A DNA stretch of 64,000 nucleotides, from NCBI GenBank assembly GCA_946965045.2, contig OX337241.1, forward strand, positions 1,364,001 to 1,428,000, written 5' to 3'. Every line of letters begins with the position of its first letter. Within the stretch, counting starts at the first letter, position 1. Position numbers and translations under genes: made by a program. The notes below the pieces were generated by a model. It did no database searches. It saw only the letters and a list, made by a program, of their open reading frames with translations, and had not been told where the DNA came from. Below, piece by piece: positions 43,600 to 55,600 of this stretch. Source of the DNA: Epithemia pelagica (taxonomy: Eukaryota; Protista; Bacillariophyta).

Positions 43600-46380
43600 G
43601 CAACGTCAACATTGAGGGCCGCGGGTGGTTGTGCATATGTCATGGCAGTCGCAGTCTATTCCATTTGGTGAGAATGCAACATGTGGACAGTGGAATCTCC
43701 CGTGTTGTAGTACTCTGAATCGTCTTCGTTGCAAGTGATTTGACAAATCTCCAAACACTCGGTGAAGGATGTCGTTGAAGGTAGGAGAGTTGACACTGGC
43801 AGTGGTGGTGGTCACAGTTGCAAACCAATCGTCAAACACGACATAGAATTGTGGAGTAATTGCACCAGTGGAAGGATTCAACACAAGTGGGGCAGTGTAC
43901 GCATGATCAGGGCTAAAGGCCATGAACATGGATCGGTGGGACCTTGGCCGCCATCGCGGCAACTTCTTTCCGTCGGCAATGGACTTGGCCAAAACTTAAA
44001 CGGGTGACCCCCAAACATGACAATCAACAAGTTCTTACAAAGGCCATCGACTTAAAAATATCTCTTGTGGAATCAAGCCGGTCTGGGGATTTGGAACATG
44101 ATTGAACAAGAATACAGCGTGTCTCACCGCCATTGGCCACAAGGTGGGATCCGCCACATCGGGCCAGTGGATGCTGGAGTGGAGCAGCATAGTCCTGCTG
44201 ATGGACATAATCGTTTGAATTGCTCTCTCCGCGATACCATTGTGGTGGTATGCGCCGACTCCAGCGTAAGTGTTCACTTGCCGAAAGGTTTGCAGATGGG
44301 TTTGAAATTGCTCCGAGGTAAAAGCTGACCCATTTGTTGGTTTGGTATTTGAGGGGAGCAACACCAATGTCTTGACATCGCTGCTCGAATTCTTGTTTGG
44401 CCTTGAGAGTTTCATGGCTGTTCAAGTGAGATTAAAAAGAACAGACATCCACGTACCCACTTGCATGGTCCACAAAAATGCATCTGCCGCAGTACATTGG
44501 GTGGTCTGCGGTCTTTCCCTTGGATGTAAACAGTCTTCCTTTAACAGAGTTGTGGAAGTGGTCGGCAGAGATGCATTGTCCGGGCAAAAGGTTATCAGTC
44601 TTGATTACAGCAACTCGGTCCTTGACAGTGGTTGTTTTCTGTCCTGGTGCATACCGTCGACGTTGTCTCCCATATTGGCAGGCAGCACACATTGAAGGAG
44701 AGCTGAGCTTGCAGAAGGCAGTGTGAAGTCGCTTGGTTTCTTCGGAGTGATTCAAAAGGCCAGTCCGCATCAGAAATTGAATGGTTCTGAAGCTTATGTT
44801 GCCAAAACGACAATGCCACCGCATCCACTCCTTTTCCAGCTCAGAAAGGTTCATGTTGGCTCTGTCAACTTGAGTGATAGTGGTGCTCAAGCTGTAAGCA
44901 GCATGATTGATGCCGCGGTTGTGATATCCTTGACTGCTTGGTAGGTTGCTGGTCAGGTCAATCTCAACTTGCACTGGATTCCGAGATGGGTCGTCATCGA
45001 TTCCACTCAAGCGCAGACCATTGTGTGTTTGTTCGATGGTCTCTCCCTCATAGAGCTGGAGCAAATGATTAGTGCTCAACAATCTAACGTCGGCATTGGG
45101 AACGTATAAGCTGGGATGATGAAAAAGCGGAGAGTTCTTCCCTTTTCGTCGATGATGTTCCACTTGATCAAACCTTCTCCTTCAATCTGCACAGTCTGTG
45201 CCAACCATTGTGTGTTTGTTCGATGGTCTCTCCCTCATAGAGCTGGAGCAAATGATTAGTGCTCAACAATCTAACGTCGGCATTGGGAACGTATAAGCTG
45301 GGATGATGAAAAAGCGGAGAGTTCTTCCCTTTTCGTCGATGATGTTCCACTTGATCAAACCTTCTCCTTCAATCTGCACAGTCTGTGCCACTCTACTCAA
45401 ATCAGTATGTTGGTCAGTGGTTGGAAAAAATCTTTCCAACAAAGTCATCACGGTCGAATGTGATTGCTCGACTGGCACCAGAATCCCAAACAATCTCAAA
45501 ACTTTGTCGTTGTGGAACGGCATGATGGAAACGTAGAGGTGCTTGAAGATCCATGCGGATGGACGTTGCTGTGGGCGAGAGTGAGTGAGCAGGGTTTGTC
45601 ATGGACAGAGCTGCACTGAAAGCGGCCAAACGGGTTGGACCGGCACGACGATGGCGTCAATGTTTTCGTCGCTTGGAGCCCGCAGACTTGTCCCGGTTTG
45701 ATGATGGCATGGAGCTTGGGCAAGATGACGAAAAGAGACAAGAACCAAAGGGGAAACACAACACGACACCAGGTGAACCAGTTGATGTGCAGGACACCAG
45801 GGTCAGGACGACAAAAGTGCTTGTCCGGCACACAACAGGGAAAGGGATGAGCATGGAGCCCCACGGAAGTGGAATGGGGACGGAACCAACGACAAAACTG
45901 GCGACCACGGATCGGTGAGAGAAGGGTTTGAGGCGGAGGGGACAAGTCTGGATTTCCAAAACAGGGCCAACCTTGAACGCAAACAACACCGACAGTAGCC
46001 AAGACGAGATAGCGGGAATGCAACAACCAAACTTCCAAAGAGCAGACGACCAAGAAAGACCGGGCGACCAGAGAAAGGCAGCATGGAGCAATCCACAACA
46101 AAGAGCAGCAAACAAACCACAGAACAATGGCAAACCGAGAACAAGATGTCAACTTGGGTGGTCAACAATACCAAGGCCAGGGGCAAAATGGTCAAGAAAG
46201 GCACAAGCATCTTGGACAGTGGCGCGGGTGTCGTGTTCGAGAATGCGACGGTGGCTGGGAGTGGTGGACGGGTCTTGGGAGACTTGGAGGATGTGGTCAG
46301 TCGCATGTTGGAGACCGCGACGGCAACCCCATAGAGGATCCAAATACGCCACATGAGGGAAAGCATCAGAGAGTTCACGT
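43600..46380 (-). pseudogene. Degenerate CoDi/copia related to family A (hydrophobic pre-protease region, PR, IN)
   Basis: PR EIVWDSGASRAIT (about 45480-45510), WMRWHCRFGN, CAACQYGR, CIFVDHASG, NGIAERAIQ and ITPQFYVVFDD; frameshifted; no RT seen. Confidence 0.85.
45017..45390. repeat. 187-bp direct tandem duplication inside the protease region
   Basis: 45017-45203 is repeated at 45204-45390, with CCA microhomology at the junction. Confidence 0.92.
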
Positions 46381-46407
46381 AGTCGAGGAGTCGAGGCCGG
46401 ATGATGA

Positions 46408-46746
46408 GCCCCTCCCAATCAGATCCGCTTTGTTCCTGCTGTCTCTAACCACCCAAGGAACACTCCTGGCCGTGAAATGGCATGTGTAGACCCTTTGATC
46501 GCTCCAAGTGCTCAGTACCACTACGGTGCAAACCCAAACAACAACAAACAAACAGATAACCCTTTGTCTGAACACCCATGGCCCCTCCCAATCAGATCCG
46601 CTTTGTTCCTACTGTCTCTAACCACCCAAGGAACACTCCTGGCCGTGAAATGGCATGTGTAGACCCTTTGATCGCTCCAAGTGCTCGGTACCACTACCGT
46701 GCAAACCCAAACAACAACAATCAAACAGATAACCCTTTGTCTGAAC
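46408..46746. repeat. 173-bp tandem duplication, about 2 copies
   Basis: GCCCCTCCCAATCAGATCCGCTTTGTTCCT starts at 46408 and 46581. Confidence 0.9.
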
Positions 46747-48196
46747 GTGTTATGGATCCCTTTGCCTATTTACAAGTACCTCCCACGATCAATTACCCCT
46801 CCCCTATATACCTGGTGACTCTCAGTGTTGTTGCACAACTCTCCGAATCCACTATTTATGGATTTGTGCTGTGAGAGACGAAATCAGGAGGTGGGCTCTC
46901 ATGGCCATGCCATATTGGTGAAAGCAGCCAACTAAATTTGTTGGCATTTCTTGTTATGATAAATGCTCTTTTTCAGGATTCAGCAGCTATCAACGACTAA
47001 TCTACATCCATTCAATGGAATCCAATTGTTTTGAGAAAGCATAATCCACAAGTGAACGAGAACACCAGAAAATAGCAATGTGTTGAATCAGGCGGTGGGT
47101 AGTGTCATGTATGGACAGTGATTGGTTGTGTGAGGTGCTATGTTTGATGATTGGTTGGGTTTGGTGCTGGTGACAGGTTCGCCACCTGGTTTTGCCGTGA
47201 TAGAATTCTTGATTTAGTTGTCTTGTTGCCATTGTTGTTTGGGTTGTCACTGTTTGGACAGCTTTGTTTTTAACGATAGCACTGACAGCTGGAATATGTG
47301 ACAATGGCTTGCACAATGTTGGCAAAACAACATAGTAAATGAAAGGAGGATTCTGGCTGGACTGGCACAAGCGCGTTTCTTTCCTCTTGTTCGAAAACAA
47401 CGACCATGGTGACAATAGACGACATTATCTCGCACAATGCTGCCAAGGATTTGTTGCAAGTCTTGCAGACAGATGCGGCCAACAAGGAAGCGACACAATT
47501 GCTTAAAATGGTACGAGCTCAATACCACAATGATTTGGAGCATACCACCATGGAAATAGGACACGAGAACGTTTCTCTTCCGTTGTCTGAGGTGGTGGAA
47601 GTATGCTTGGAATCGTCGTTGTTGTCATCGTCATCATCATTGTCCAACGCGGGAAAATGATTCACTTGACCATTCAATGATCTTCGCAAGCGGTCAGGCA
47701 TCCAGCTTGTTGTCGATCCTACTTGATCTTGTACAACAAACCAAGCAGTGTTGCAACGGTTGTTGTTGGTGGCTTCAATACTGCTTGGTATGCCGCTTCC
47801 GCACGGTGATACGCCTCTCACCTCATACAGGGGACCGACGGTGTCGCTTGTGGGACGGAGAAGACTTGGTGGACGACATGGTATAGTGTTGCACCTCCAC
47901 CCACCGTGGTGGATGCAGTGAATGTGTGAGATGAAATTTTGGGTTTGTGTCAAAGTCGAGTGAGCGCGATGGCGCCTTGGGGGTGAGTATCAGAATGCAC
48001 AAACCCTCATTCACGACCAGGACTCACCCTTCCGCTAGGGGGTAAGCCCTTCGTGTGCTATGCACTGCTATGTGACACAACAAACCAATGCACTGATAGA
48101 ATGAAAAAATGAGATGGAGACAAACGACACACACACAACATAGGATTAGCTACGATGAAGCTAGCCAAATAATGAGGATAAGCTGAAAACTCAAAA

Positions 48197-48470
48197 CGGC
48201 AGATTGGAGCTAAAAGGCAGATCGGAGCTAAAAGGCAGTTCGGAGCTAAAAGGCAGATCGGAGCTAAAAAGGCAAATCGGAGCTAAACGGAAGAAAGGCG
48301 CTAAACGGAAGGACCTAAGAGAAAACACGTAGGAATTTGTACTAGGAGGCGTTAAGCGGCAGAAAGGCGCTAAGCGGTAGAAAGGCGCTAAGCGGCAGAT
48401 CGGAGCTAAACGGCAGATCGGAGCTACACGGCAGATCGGAGCTACACGGCAGATCAGAGCTAAGCGGTAG
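48197..48470. repeat. Minisatellite of 18-19-bp units (GGCAGATCGGAGCTAAA[A/C] and variants)
   Basis: More than ten degenerate copies are visible, with one central interruption. Confidence 0.9.
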
Positions 48471-49454
48471 AGCACGTAGTAAGTAGGACTGATCCATGAC
48501 CATTTAATATCCCAGTTTGAATTTGTAGCTTGAGCCTTCTTAGTAATGATTCTGTCTTCTTTATGTGCTGATCACCGAGTCGCTCACACCAACTCTATGT
48601 CTTGGGTCTTGGACAAATTTTTAAAACTCTGTAGCTACTAGTTCTGCGACTCAATCTTATTCGGTTGCTAATGAATGTTCTAGTTGTCTATGTGGATGCT
48701 AATTGATTGTATCTATAGAGGTCAACAGTTTAAGCTACAGTTCTACCTGTTACGAGCCACTGCTACGAGTGTCATCTTGTCGACGTTGCGGACCATCAGG
48801 CGCAAAAGGCAATTTCGCGATGTTCCATTATTGTTGATGTTCTCCATGCATGGTGAAGAGCAATGGCAAAGAGAAGACTGAGAGCTGACTGATTTTTGGA
48901 AGAAGGAAAGGATTTTTTCTCTCATTAATCCTTGAGCGGTTTGAGCTCATTGATCTTTAAAGAAAGATTAGTCTCATTTTTTATGTCACGGACAGGGTTT
49001 CTTTTTTGCATTTCCCCGTGAAAAAGGGCACATCGTGCTCTTCTGAAACTGGAACTTCATCGGGCAGTGCCGGCCTGGGCCTCTCAACAAATTGCCGAAT
49101 GCGGAGCAGCCAACCAGCGTCGTGAGATGACCATTATTGTCCGTCGACCAACCAACAAAAAAGTGAAGTGCCGCCCAAAATAAAAAAGTGAAGGACTGTT
49201 GCCTCCCAGCCAGCTACAAGTATCCGTGTTGCGTACGGATTTTTCCATGTTTCTCCGTCCATGTCACAGCCAGAATAATGGAACAGCCCGCAATCAAAAA
49301 AGGCAAATACTGTGTCAAGGGTATGCGGATCTTCCGACTGGGACTTTCGATTCCCGAAACTCGAGTAGACCAGCGCGACTTGCCGAATCAGTGAAGTTTT
49401 CTTTTCTCTCATCATTTCTTTTTGCTGGGAAAGTGAACTGCAATTCTTCTAACC

Positions 49455-50968
49455 ATGATGTTGACCATGACAAAGCGAACTTGGTGCTCTTTCTCTTACG
49501 TCCTACTCCTTTGGACCGAGGCTGGGGGCACCACCTCTGCTCCGACGAGCGCTCCTACCGAACAACGGTATGGTCAAACTGCCTGGGATATCATGGAAGG
49601 GCGTTCCGACGTTTCCCTCTTTTGGGAAATTGTTCAAAACGCCTTTGTGGATCCGCGTTTTGATCAATTTCGTGTGCCTTTGTTTGTAGGGGACTTTCCC
49701 TACCCCATCAATTCCGGTTATCTCGAGCGAGTCTTTTGGTTGCAAGCGCTCACGGCCTTTGTGCCAAACAATGATGCAGTCATGGAGTTCGCTCCCTTTG
49801 GTGAAGATTCCATTCTCAAGTCAAAGATTCTTGAGCGTGAATGGCTGGACCACGCTTTTCACTATGCCTTCGCCCATGTCAATGTTCAAGATTTTCCTGC
49901 AAAGAAAATTGCGGAGATTCCTCCTGGTTACAACACACCAGGTGTTAGCGCTCTCCAAGTCGACGCGGCTGCCACCCCATACGCTCAAGTCAACACTGAA
50001 GTCTTTCCTACCATCATTGCCAACATTCTGGAAAAGGACTTGAACGAGGGAAATCAAGTCTTTGATTACGGGCTCTTCTCATTTAATAGCTCTGGGTTTC
50101 GGCTTCCAGCTTTTGTCAATGTCCTCGACAAGGTAAGATTCTTTTTTTTTGAATGCAAAGAGATGCTTGATTGAGAAAACGACGGCGGATCCTCACGACT
50201 CCTGCACTACTTGCCATGCAGACGCTTCAGCCAGACAGTTTCGCCAAGAATATTGTACAAGTGATGGCAATGGATACAGAAGGACGTTTTACAGTGTTCC
50301 TCGAGCTTTTGGAGACGCTTGACCTCATGGAATACTTTGAGGGATACGGCTGTGACGAAGCAGGCTTTTCCGCCTACATTCCTGTGAACGATGCCTTTGA
50401 TGGGCTAGACATTGGCAACATGCCCATGGAAGAACTTGAAGTATTGGTCTTGAATCATTTTGCTCAGGGGCAGGTCTATCCCAAAGAGCAAACCCGCACT
50501 ACCCTCGCGGGGAAAGACTTGGTTGTGGCCAATTACACAGAAACTTTTGAAATCAGCTGCAAGAACGGAGACACTGAGTATACGACTGAGCCGTACACGA
50601 ACCAAACATGTTCGGGTACTGAACTTGATTATGTTCTTTTCTTTGCTTATGATGTTGTCATTGGAAGTGACAATGTTGTCGCCAATATTGTCCCTTACAC
50701 CGGTGATGGTTATTCGGGTCGTGAGTTCAGCATTCTTACCAACAATGGACATGTGACCCCCATTGACTCTGTCCTTGTTCCATCAATGGATGGGGATGTT
50801 CATGTTCCGAGCGAGGGAAAGAAAGGAAAGAAGGCCAAGAAAGCGAAAAAGGCCATTCATGTTCAGAGCGAGGGAAAGAAAGGAAAAAAGGCCAAGAAAG
50901 CGAAAAAGGCCAAGGCAGTGAAGGGAGATGGCAAGAAAGGGTCGGCAGCCGCCAAGTTGTGCAAGTAA
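49455..50968 (+). CDS. Secreted fasciclin (FAS1) domain protein with Lys-rich tail; exons 49455-50132 and 50222-50968
   Basis: Signal peptide and SAPTSAPT linker; FAS1 motifs LTAFVPNNDA, VNVLDK|TLQP, FSAYIPVNDAF, LVLNHF and NGHVTPIDSVLVP. An 89-bp GTAAG...CAG intron (50133-50221) joins the two ORFs in frame to give 474 aa. Confidence 0.88.
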
Positions 50969-51181
50969 GAGGGGTCAAAGCTCTTTTTTTCGCTGTTTGA
51001 TGTTGTTGTATCTCAGATATGTTGTGTAAAACATTTTGTAAACACAATTTTCATGTCAGTATATAGCGAATAGAACCCTTTGGAAATTGCCTCATCCAGT
51101 AGAATGCTTGTGGAAGCAAAAATTCCGTTCTCGAGAGCAACGAGCAAAGAGAAATAATGAGATTCAAGAGTTCAGAAAGAA

Positions 51182-51272
51182 CTCACCCACGGGGAAGCGA
51201 ACCCCGGTCTCCCGCGGGCGGTGCTAGGCCTGGTCTGACAGGCGGGGATACTGGCCACTATACTATGGATGA
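51182..51272 (-). tRNA. tRNA-Asp-GTC: tRNA-Asp(GTC) with a 19-nt intron at 37/38 and variant T-loop
   Basis: Acceptor TCATCCA/TGGGTGA, discriminator G, D arm TAGTATAGTGG, anticodon stem CCCGC/GCGGG with CT-GTC-A, intron 51217-51235, T arm CGGGG-TTCGCTT-CCCCG. Confidence 0.88.
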
Positions 51273-51526
51273 TCTGATGTTCCTGAAAGCATCAATTACA
51301 TTTACAAATGCAACTAAATTTTTAGCAGTTTACGAAATGACCCAATTTCGGAGGCTGAATTGGGGCACGCCGCAGCAAGACCACGCAACATTTCTCGCAA
51401 ATGAGAAGAGGTGTATCACAGCTGTGCTCTACCCTTTGTTGTGTGAAACATGACCAGCATCTCCTGCAACTTGAGGGCCTGTACACTCGTTGCATTCAAG
51501 GGCGGTGCAATTGTAACCGCAACAGA

Positions 51527-51606
51527 AGCGCCAGTGTCAGCTGGAAAAACACCGTCTCAGCGCCAGTGTCAGCTGGAAAAACACCGTCTCAGCGCCAGTG
51601 TCAGCT
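51527..51606. repeat. 32-bp tandem repeat, 2.5 copies
   Basis: AGCGCCAGTGTCAGCTGGAAAAACACCGTCTC at 51527, 51559 and 51591 (partial). Confidence 0.93.
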
Positions 51607-52260
51607 ATTTGCTGGCGAGGCGAGCCCGCTTGTTTGACTTCTCTTCCTTTTGTGGCTTGTTTGCCTCTTGAGCAGCCATGATTGCGAGTTGATTTTGAAG
51701 GCCTCCTAAGGTGATGGGAAGCTTGAGATAATCCACATTGCCTTGGGACACTTTGCGAACCAAATTTCCCACATCATATTGCACTTATTCCGGTGTGAGT
51801 CGAGCAATGAGGAGCTGCCCCGTCTTGTGACGTGTTACGGTTTTGAAGAACCATCCTCTGTTGGAACGTTTCACGAACTCGGAGATGACAGAAATGACAA
51901 AGGTAATTCGGTCGACCAAGGGCCATGATATGCTGTATTGGGCTTTCACCATTCGAGTACCCAACATGGCGGTGAAGAGCAGATTACCAGGTGTGTTGTT
52001 GAAGCAGTCCTTCAGTCCCTCGCCGACTTTATTGAACATGACGTCCACGTACTGGTTGTACAAGTAACCACTGCAGAGGATTTCACATTGATGCTTGCGA
52101 ACATTCCACTTTGGTCCAACCCATTGAGTTTTGGTGTGAAAACGAAGAAGGGTGGTGTTGAGGATATGTGACCAGGCGACGAGCAGTAGCGAACAAGGCG
52201 CGACTAAAGAGAGTGATTCGGAAGCAAAGGATCTAAACTTGAATGACGAAGATGCCGAAG

Positions 52261-52500
52261 TGAATAAAAACTGACGGCCAGACGCAATATACGGCTTGCA
52301 ACAATCAAACTATCAGAAATTATGATGACTAAACTAGGGGTGCCCTTTGGGGGCAAATCGCTCACGTAGGGGCCAAATAGCGACCACGGTACCCACTAGC
52401 AAACACATAACTAGGGGCCGGGCGATGCCAGGCGGTGCGTAGCGAGGCATGGCGAGGCCCTTCGTAGGTTACAAAGAGGGCGCCCGTGATTATTTATTCA
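52261..52500 (-). repeat. 3' LTR of element C (240 bp)
   Basis: Direct repeat of 59425-59664. Confidence 0.96.
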
Positions 52501-52621
52501 GTCCCCGCGAACAAAATCGGGGTGGGCAACTTCGTTTAGTTCGTCATGTCAGCAGAGGCCGGTCCAATACGTTGGACTATTCTTCAAAAGGGGCGATCCC
52601 ATTTTGGATCTAAAAGGGGTG

Positions 52622-55600
52622 CTACCACATGATACGTTGGGCCAGGAATCGCAATCGAGGTCCGGGTAGCAGCTTGGTTAGGATATCGGCAAGATTCGTT
52701 TCACCTTCTTCCCATGCAATGCGCACAAGTTCAGCAGCTTGCGCTTCACGAGTCCGATGATAAGCAATTGCGTTGTGCTTCTTCTTTAGGACTGATTCCG
52801 GCTGCGTCGAGTTCTTAAACACAGATTCATTGTCGCAAAACACATTCGTCTCTCCATCCAACGGAGTACCCATCATTCGCAACTTATAACGAAATGCTTC
52901 AATCATTTCAATGGCAGTCTTCATCGCCACGAACTCACTGCCAAATGTAGACGTCTCAACAGTGTTTTGTCGTTTTGAATACCACATGATCCGTGCTCGT
53001 TGCAAGAACAGTAGGACTCCTGTTTGAGAGCGCCGTGTGACACGACATCCAGCATGATCAGCATCGACAAAGCAAGTCGTGGTGACAGCGTTTCCACGCG
53101 GTGCTGGTGCGTTTGGCGGAATCGGCTCGGCAGCATCAGGATAATACTCAGACCAATCCGGTCTGGTAAAACGTGACTCGTCGAAGTCAGGGGTTGTGTC
53201 GTCGAACACAATGGCGGATTTATCGTACTTCTTCAGATACGCGAAGATGTGCAACGTTTGCTCAAGATGTCCTTCTCGTGGATTCGCCATGAAACGGGAC
53301 ATATGGGAGACTGCGGTTGTAATGTCGATACGACCGAGTTCAACAATCCAACGGAGAATACCGATCAGTCCTTGGTAATAGTTTGCACGTCTTGCGTCGA
53401 GTTCAGGAGTCGCATCTAATTCCGGGCGATATCCATCGGCGATCGGCGTCGTCACTTTTGACTTCAGCTTTTCTCCGGATTTCTCCAGTTCCGTTTCGAC
53501 TTCGGCAAGAGCACGCTTACAATACTTGTCAGCGGACATGGCCCAACGATCACGGTTCGACGGATCTTGCGTGTCGGGTATGGTATAACGCCGTATTTCG
53601 GATCCCAAGTATTCGTCTGGTGGTTTGATACTGTCGGGCTTGATCGTATAGCGCCTCTGCAGGTCCTGCATCACGGTTTTGGGATCATGACTAACAATCA
53701 GCAGATCATCAATATAGACCAAAACATACTCGTAATACTGGAACCCATCAGATGGTCGAGTGTTCGCTCGAAGCCATACATCAGGATCAGCTTGACACAT
53801 CTTAAATCCCATATCGCGGAGTGTTGCGGCGATGTGATCACGCCACCTTGCGGCAGAACTTTTGAGACCATATAATGCGCGCACTATCAGTGCAGATTGT
53901 CCAACCTTATCTGGTCCAAATTCGAGTCCCGCGGTGGTATAGGTCTTTTCTTTAGTCGGTGCGTTGAGATATGCGTTTTGCACGTCCCCGACGAGAACAT
54001 CTAGACCATTTAGTGCAGCGATAGTAAAAGCAATGCGTACGCTATCGCGTGATACCACACTAGAATAGGTCGATTCTTTGGGTGGATCAGTTTTGTGGCC
54101 TCCGGCCACTAACCGTGCTTTTCGTCGCAGGTCTGATTTGATGTCAAAAACCATATGACAGGGAATATGCTTGTATCCAGAAGGCACTTCGCCATCAGCT
54201 GGAAATTCGAAAGCAATACCAACGTTCTTCATTTCTTTCTCAATAGCCTTACGCCAGAAGTCAGTCCCCGTTCGGCGGTCAATCGCCAGGGCTTCTTCCA
54301 CAGAGTGGGGCAATTCGATGCCATACTTGTGCGTTCGCTTCCAATAACGTGACTTTACCTTCTTGATAATGTGGTCTCGTTTGCAAAGTGCACGTGGCAC
54401 CCACCATGCGAAAGCAGGCTCTTTTGCGATGCCAGTGGATACTGCGTATTCGGCGGCTTCAATCATATTTCCATTCTTGACGTCCTTGAGCGGCAGCCAA
54501 ACAGTCGATTGATCGGACAGTTCACATTGCAATTCCCAGCCTTTCGTTGTGTGGTGTGATGTGCCGTCAAGGAACGATGCGTCTGTTCGCTTAACTGCGG
54601 TCTCATCACTGCGGTGACCCACAATGGCTTTCAATGTGTTGAACGCATTGCCCTCCGGGTCAACTTGCGAATACAGATTCTCTGCGATCATATTGGTTGC
54701 ATACGACTCGACCGATCCATCCGGAAACTGTACATCGTAGTACCGGGTATCAAGGATTGGGTTTGCGTCGCGCTCACCAATAGGTCGCCCATGAGAATCC
54801 TTCGTGCGTCCAATGATTTTCGCTCGAGCGCTTTCACCTCCTCGCGGCAGCATGACTTCAGCGGTGAGATATTCGTCTAGTTCCTCCGGCGTGTACGCGT
54901 CGGATTCCAGGGCTTCGGCTTCTGGGAACAAGGGCTCTAGAAGTTCACCTTCGTCAAAGAGGTCTGGGGGTGGATCGCTCCCAGTTGTGCCATCAGATGG
55001 CGGCTCTTTCATTTGCGTTTGAATAGCGGCATCATAGTCCAACAACTGCTGATGAATCATCGGATTCTTCAGGTCGTCTTCTGGAATGGCCCACACATCT
55101 TTCCGTGTGACATGATTGCCCTCTTGCGTTAGGATTTCATAGGCCATATCATCGGTGCAATCATCGGCTAAGCCCAACCATCGGCCAATCAGTCTTTTTT
55201 CGAAGGGAAACTGTGCCATGGGCATGCGATAATACACCGGCTGATAGAATTGGAACATGGCTAATGGAGAGATGTCTGGCGTTGAGCCAATTACATGCTC
55301 GAACGGTGTACGTCCATCTAATTCAGGGATATCGGATGCCGTGAGTTGCCGTACGTGTGAGCACCATTTAAGAGCATAGCTCCATAAACGTCGTGGTGCG
55401 CCGGTTGTCCTCATAATCTTGACAACTCCCTTCTTTAGTTCACGAATGCTCGCTTCGGCGGCGTTCTGCCATGGACTATAAGGAACCGTTTTCTCCATCT
55501 TTATGCGGTACTCGTTGCATATTTCACGGGACTTCCCTAGGAACAATTCTCGGGCACCATCAGATACCATTGTTTGGGGAATCCCTACATTGTGAATCAA

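Noticed and set aside
48191-48475. Repeat protein RLAPIC
   Set aside because: It is a translation of the minisatellite, with no ATG or gene context.
51600-52200. Possible gene remnant left of element C
   Set aside because: Open stretches on both strands are broken by stops and show no motif I can name.
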